From: Orbicella franksi
Lineage: Eukaryota
Direction of reading: 5' to 3'
Length of the DNA stretch: 64,000 bases
NCBI GenBank assembly: GCA_964199315.1
Contig: OZ116712.1
Location: 8,556,001 to 8,620,000 of the forward strand
In this document: in pieces, positions 60,826 through 64,000 of the stretch
Layout of the letters: every line of letters begins with the position of its first letter
Position numbering within the stretch: the stretch's first letter is position 1
The notes under the pieces: generated by a model
What the model saw: only the letters and a program-made list of their open reading frames with translations
Told to the model about the DNA's origin: nothing
Databases searched by the model: none
Translations under genes and position numbers: made by a program

Positions 60826-63800
60826 AATCAAAGGCAACGGGCGCAGTCTTTGTGATCCGTATTATCAGCACCATCATTATCTAATCAGCACAATTATCCT
60901 TTTCAGAACCGAATATCGAGATACGAACACCGTTGCAACACCTCTCTTAGTCCTTTACAATTAAATCACTCTGTCAAGTACGCTCTATAAATGATCTCTT
61001 AAACACAGAACGAGCACAGGCCACAGAGGAAATGATGGCACGAGATTTTTCTCAATTGAAATAGACAAGGCATTTTTCTTTTCTCGAAATGTTTCTAAAA
61101 GAAATAGAAAGCATTCCCTCTGTGTTTATATCTAGTCAAAGAAACACTTGAGTAGAACTCCAAAAATCTGTCGAAACACACGCCTGTGGCTCGAGTTCCC
61201 ATAGAGTTTCCTTTTTCCTCAAAACTCGTGCTTCTATAACTCGCTCAACCAAGACCGGATTTTACAACAAAAACCCTATAAAATATAAGTAGTTCAAAAA
61301 TTAATCTGGAAACCTGGACTTCACCTTCTCTAAAAACTCGATACACCGAAACTTAAAAAGGAGTAAGGGAACGTAAAACATGTTACTGAATCATATATTT
61401 ATATCATTTACCCTTCAAAATTCATCTTAACCAAGCAGCTTACCTTGTACTAGTAGATACACTTGTGCTCGTAGACGTTGACACACTTGAACTTAGTGAA
61501 GTGGATGTTGACGCACTTGTACTCACACTAGTACTGACCGATGTTGATACACTTGTTGTAGTAGATGTTGACACACTTGAACTCAATGATGTGGATGTCG
61601 ACACACTTTTGCTAGCACTTGAATACGTCGAGTACACTGTTGTTGTTGGAGTACTGACACTTGTTGAGGTTGATGTCGAGGTTGATGTTGATGTTGAAGT
61701 GGACACACTGCTTGACACACTAGTGCTAACTGATGTCGATACACTTGTTGTCGTAGACGTGGACACGCTTGAGCTCAATGACGTGAATGTCGACACACTT
61801 GTGCTTGCACTTAAATATGTGGAGTATACTGTTGTTGTTGGAGTGCTGACACTCGTTGAGGTTGATATTGATGTTGATGTTGAAGTGGACACACTGCTTG
61901 ACACACTAGTGCTAACTGATGTCGATACACTTGTTGTCGTAGATGTGGACACGCTTGAGCTCAATGACGTCGATGTCGACACACTTGTGCTTGCACTTGA
62001 ATACGTCGAGTACACTGTTGTTGTGGGAGTACTGACACTAGTTGAGGTTGATGTGGATGTGGATGTTGATGATGATGTTGATGTTGAAGTGGACACACTG
62101 CTTGATACACTAGTGCTAACTGATGTCGATACACTGGTTGTCGTAGAAGTGGACACACTTGAGCTCAATGACGTGGATGTCGACACACTTGTGCTTGCAC
62201 TTGAATACGTCGAGTACACTGTTGTTGTGGGAGTACTCACACTCGTTGACGTTGATGTTGATGTGGACACACTACTTGACACGCTCGTGCTTACTGATGT
62301 TGATACACTTGTTGTAGTAGATGTTGACACACTTGAACTCAATGATGTGGATGTCGACACACTTGTGCTCGCACTTGAATATGTGGAGTACACTGTTGTT
62401 GTTGGAGTGCTGACACTCGTTGAGGTTGATATTGATGTTGATGTTGAGGTGGACACACTGCTTGACACACTACTGCTAACTGATGTGGACACACTTGTTG
62501 TCGTAGATGTGGACACGCTTGAACTCAATGATGTGGATGTCGACACACTTGTGCTTGCACTTGAATACGTCGAGTACACTGTTGTTGTTGGAGTACTGAC
62601 ACTCGTCGAGGTTGAGGTTGAGATTGAAGTGGAGACACTGCTTGATATACTAGTGCTGACGGATGTTGATACACTTGTTGCAGTAGATGTTGACACACTT
62701 GAACTCAGTGACGTGGTTGTTGAAATACTTGTGCTTGCGCTTGAATATGTCGAGTAAACCGTTGTTGTTGGAGTACTGACACTTGTTGATGTCGACGTTG
62801 AGGTGGACACACTGCTTGACACACTTGTGGTGACTGATGTTGATGTACTTGTCGACACGCTTGAGCTCAAAGAAGTGGATGTTGAGGTACTTGTGCTTGC
62901 GCTTGAATATGTGGAGTACACTGTTGTTGTTGGAGTGCTGACACTTGTTGATGTTGACGTTGAGGTGGAGACACTGCTTGATACACTAGTGCTGACTGAT
63001 GTTGACACACTTGTTGACGTAGAACTGACACTTGTTGATGTTGATGTTGATGTAGAAACACTGCTAGAAATACTAGTGCTGACTGATGTTGATGTACTTG
63101 TTGAGACACTTGAACTCAAAGATGTGGATGTTGAAGTACTTGTACTGGCACTTGAATATGTCGAGTAAACCGTTGTTGTTGGAGTACTGACACTTGTTGA
63201 AGTAGAGGTTGATGTTGAAACACTGCTTGAAACACTAGTGCTGACTGATGTTGACACACTTGTTGTCGTAGAGGTCGACACACTTGTACTCAATGAGGTT
63301 GTTGTTGAAACACTTGTGCTTGCACTTGAATATGTCGAGTAAACTGTTGTTGTTGGAGTACTCACACTTGTTGAAGTTGATGTGGACACACTTGTGCTGA
63401 CGGATGTTGAAACACTTGTTGAAGTACTTCTTGAAACACTTGAACTCAAAGACGTGGAGGTTGAGGTACTTGTGCTGGCACTTGAATATGTCGAATAAAC
63501 AGTAGTTGTGGGAGTACTGATACTGACTGAGGTTGATGTGGACACACTGCTTGACACACTAGTGGTGACAGATGTTGACACACTTGAGCTGAGGGAGGTT
63601 GACGATGAAGTGCTTGTACTTATGCTTGTTGAGGTGGAGGTGGAGACACTGGTACTAATTGAAGTTGATACACTAGTTGTAGTTGATGTCGACAAACTTG
63701 AACTCAAGGAAGTAGAAGTTGAAACACTCGTGCTGGCACTTGAATATGTCGAGTACACTGTGGTTGTTGGAGTACTCACACTTGTTGAGGTGGACGTGGA

Positions 63801-64000
63801 AGTGGAGGTAGAGACACTGCTTGACACACTAGTGCTGACTGATGTGGACACACTAGTTGTAGTAGATGTTGACGTACTTGAACTCAATGAAGTGGATGTT
63901 GAAACACTTGTGCTGGCACTCGAATATGTCGAGTAAACCGTTGTTGTTGGAGTACTGACACTTGTTGAAGTCGAGGTTGAGGTGGAGACGCTGGTAGAAA
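35263..64000 (-). CDS. Gene A (3' part, spliced): giant gel-forming-mucin-like protein; Ser/Thr repeat domain, VWC-like module, C-terminal cystine knot
   Basis: Join (transcription order): >64000-61444, 60042-59857, 58982-56919, 55695-55510, 54252-51862, 51302-51117, 49494-47083, 44563-44273, 43597-43544, 43118-39384, 38598-38459, 37818-37760, 36948-36820, 36100-36052, 35666-35263. All introns are GT-AG and the phases chain into one open frame of about 14.8 kb. Ends in an 11-Cys CK domain and TAA. Confidence 0.88.
35821..35974. mobile_element. MITE (154 bp) in the last intron of gene A
   Basis: 33-bp TIR CAATTTCGATATGTTAAAATTCTAACTTAGCGC with one mismatch. Confidence 0.78.
36052..36100 (-). 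CDS. Gene A exon: end of VWC-like module (GYIRPPANDKECCPPC)
   Basis: CCPxC motif that closes VWC domains; acceptor ttatcgcAG; donor G|GTAAGT. Confidence 0.85.
36820..36948 (-). CDS. Gene A exon: VWC-like module (VGSSWTDGSCKRLKC...CDKCPA)
   Basis: G-S-S-W-x4-C-x4-C pattern typical of VWC; acceptor ggttgtAG; donor GCG|GTATGT; phase 0-0. Confidence 0.82.
37550..37632. repeat. Palindromic repeat family member; related copies at about 18630-18695 and 61140-61245
   Basis: AAGTTTGGGAGAACTCGAAAAAGCTGTGG … CCACAGCATTTTTCGTTCTCCCAAACTT. Confidence 0.65.
37760..37818 (-). CDS. Gene A exon: start of VWC-like module (SFCPSCVYINSKNETEYHA)
   Basis: Acceptor tttttcattcctgcAG; donor GCG|GTGAGT; phase 1 to 0, which bridges the flanking exons in frame. 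Confidence 0.78.
38459..38598 (-). CDS. Gene A exon: last non-repetitive Ser/Thr segment (SSSLVTTGTPTVSTSSSISS...)
   Basis: Acceptor ccttttcAG; donor T|GTAAGT; phase 2 to 1. Confidence 0.82.
39384..43118 (-). CDS. Gene A exon: largest Ser/Thr repeat exon (1245 codons, 23 anchor motifs)
   Basis: Acceptor ctcttatcacAG; donor CG|GTATGA; 3735 nt, phase 2-2. Confidence 0.92.
43544..43597 (-). CDS. Gene A 54-nt micro-exon (SSVSTSTTTSVSTSVSTR)
   Basis: Acceptor ttttcgcatAG; donor AG|GTAAGA; phase 2-2; sequence matches the repeat unit. Confidence 0.75.
44273..44563 (-). CDS. Gene A extended spacer exon, copy 4 (97 codons; PVLTQVPSSRVISESSPRSG...TTSYKSVSQKTAATVF...)
   Basis: Acceptor ctaaccgcttAG; donor AG|GTTATT; 291 nt, phase 2-2; contains the same 41-aa core as copies 1-3. 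Confidence 0.85.
44799..44905. repeat. Hairpin element
   Basis: AACAATTAGATTA…ATGAGGTGATAGTTGA-GGCC-GAA-GGCC-TTAACTATCACCTCAT…TAATCTAATTGTT. Confidence 0.65.
45440..45607. repeat. (CCT)n(CAT)n compound microsatellite
   Basis: Seen directly. Confidence 0.92.
47083..49494 (-). CDS. Gene A exon: Ser/Thr repeat domain (804 codons)
   Basis: Acceptor atctcaacAG; donor AG|GTATGC; 2412 nt, phase 2-2. Confidence 0.88.
49670..49760 (+). mobile_element. SINE-like repeat fragment
   Basis: GGTCGAGTTTGTTGTTGGTTCT…CCTTGCTCAGAGGGTTTT…TTTCCAAATTCCAATTCGA resembles a common anthozoan SINE body (recognised from memory, not searched). Confidence 0.45.
51117..51302 (-). CDS. Gene A 186-nt spacer exon, copy 3
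   Basis: Acceptor ccctctttcAG; donor AG|GTAATT; phase 2-2. Confidence 0.88.
51862..54252 (-). CDS. Gene A exon: Ser/Thr repeat domain (797 codons)
   Basis: Acceptor tctccatctcAG; donor AG|GTAGAG; 2391 nt, phase 2-2. Confidence 0.9.
55510..55695 (-). CDS. Gene A 186-nt spacer exon, copy 2
   Basis: Acceptor ctctttcAG; donor AG|GTAATT; phase 2-2. Confidence 0.88.
56919..58982 (-). CDS. Gene A exon: Ser/Thr repeat domain (688 codons)
   Basis: Acceptor ttgttttgcAG; donor AG|GTAGGA; 2064 nt, phase 2-2, no stops. Confidence 0.9.
57581..58899. repeat. Near-identical 1.3-kb exonic duplication; partner at 62682-64000
   Basis: Constant offset of 5101 bp (e.g. antisense ORFs 57702-58067 vs 62803-63168 and 58407-58835 vs 63508-63936); very few substitutions. 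Confidence 0.92.
59857..60042 (-). CDS. Gene A 186-nt spacer exon, copy 1 (LSSSKSATTSYKSVSQKTAATVFPSTVV...)
   Basis: Poly-T acceptor ttttcAG; donor AC|GTTAGT; phase 2-2; paralogous to three other exons. Confidence 0.88.
60796..60824. repeat. (CAT)n microsatellite
   Basis: Seen directly. Confidence 0.9.
61444..64000 (-). CDS. Gene A exon: Ser/Thr tandem-repeat domain (starts upstream of the window)
   Basis: Open frame of STPTTTVYSTYSSAST-anchored repeats; donor ACAAG|GTAAGC at 61444, phase 2. Confidence 0.9.

Noticed and set aside
42706-63109. Minus-strand Gln/His/Arg-rich ORFs (e.g. 52367-52729, 57766-58008)
   Set aside because: Alternative reading frames of the same repeat exons, with frequent stops.
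39384-64000. Horizontal transfer or contamination from a bacterial serine-rich repeat adhesin
   Set aside because: The sequence is split by spliceosomal introns containing animal repeats and is joined to VWC and CK domains, so the resemblance is best explained as convergence.

Overview
Eukaryotic (animal) genomic DNA, AT-rich and intron-rich. The repeat families and gene content suggest a stony coral or other anthozoan cnidarian; this is an inference. The window holds two large spliced genes on the minus strand, arranged head-to-tail about 12 kb apart, both of the von Willebrand factor (vWF) / gel-forming mucin family. Gene A (>64000 to 35263, 3' part only) has 15 exons I could reconstruct in frame, about 4,950 codons. 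Roughly 4,700 aa are a Ser/Thr-rich, Pro-poor tandem-repeat domain built from five 2-3.7 kb exons interleaved with four copies of a conserved spacer exon. This is followed directly by a VWC-like module and an 11-Cys C-terminal cystine knot (CK) with an unusual G-RRRRR tail. Gene B (ATG 22947 to <1, 5' part only) has 16 exons, about 1,250 codons: signal peptide, pro-region, a Cys-rich segment and a degenerate Kunitz domain, then a D1-D2-D'-D3 assembly (VWD-C8-TIL-E, VWD-C8-TIL, TIL'-E', VWD-C8...). Introns and the intergenic region contain many MITE-like, SINE-like and hairpin repeats plus microsatellites. Exon boundaries were derived by hand from GT-AG sites and reading-frame continuity; no database searches were run. 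No rRNA, intact tRNA, CRISPR array or intact transposase was found.
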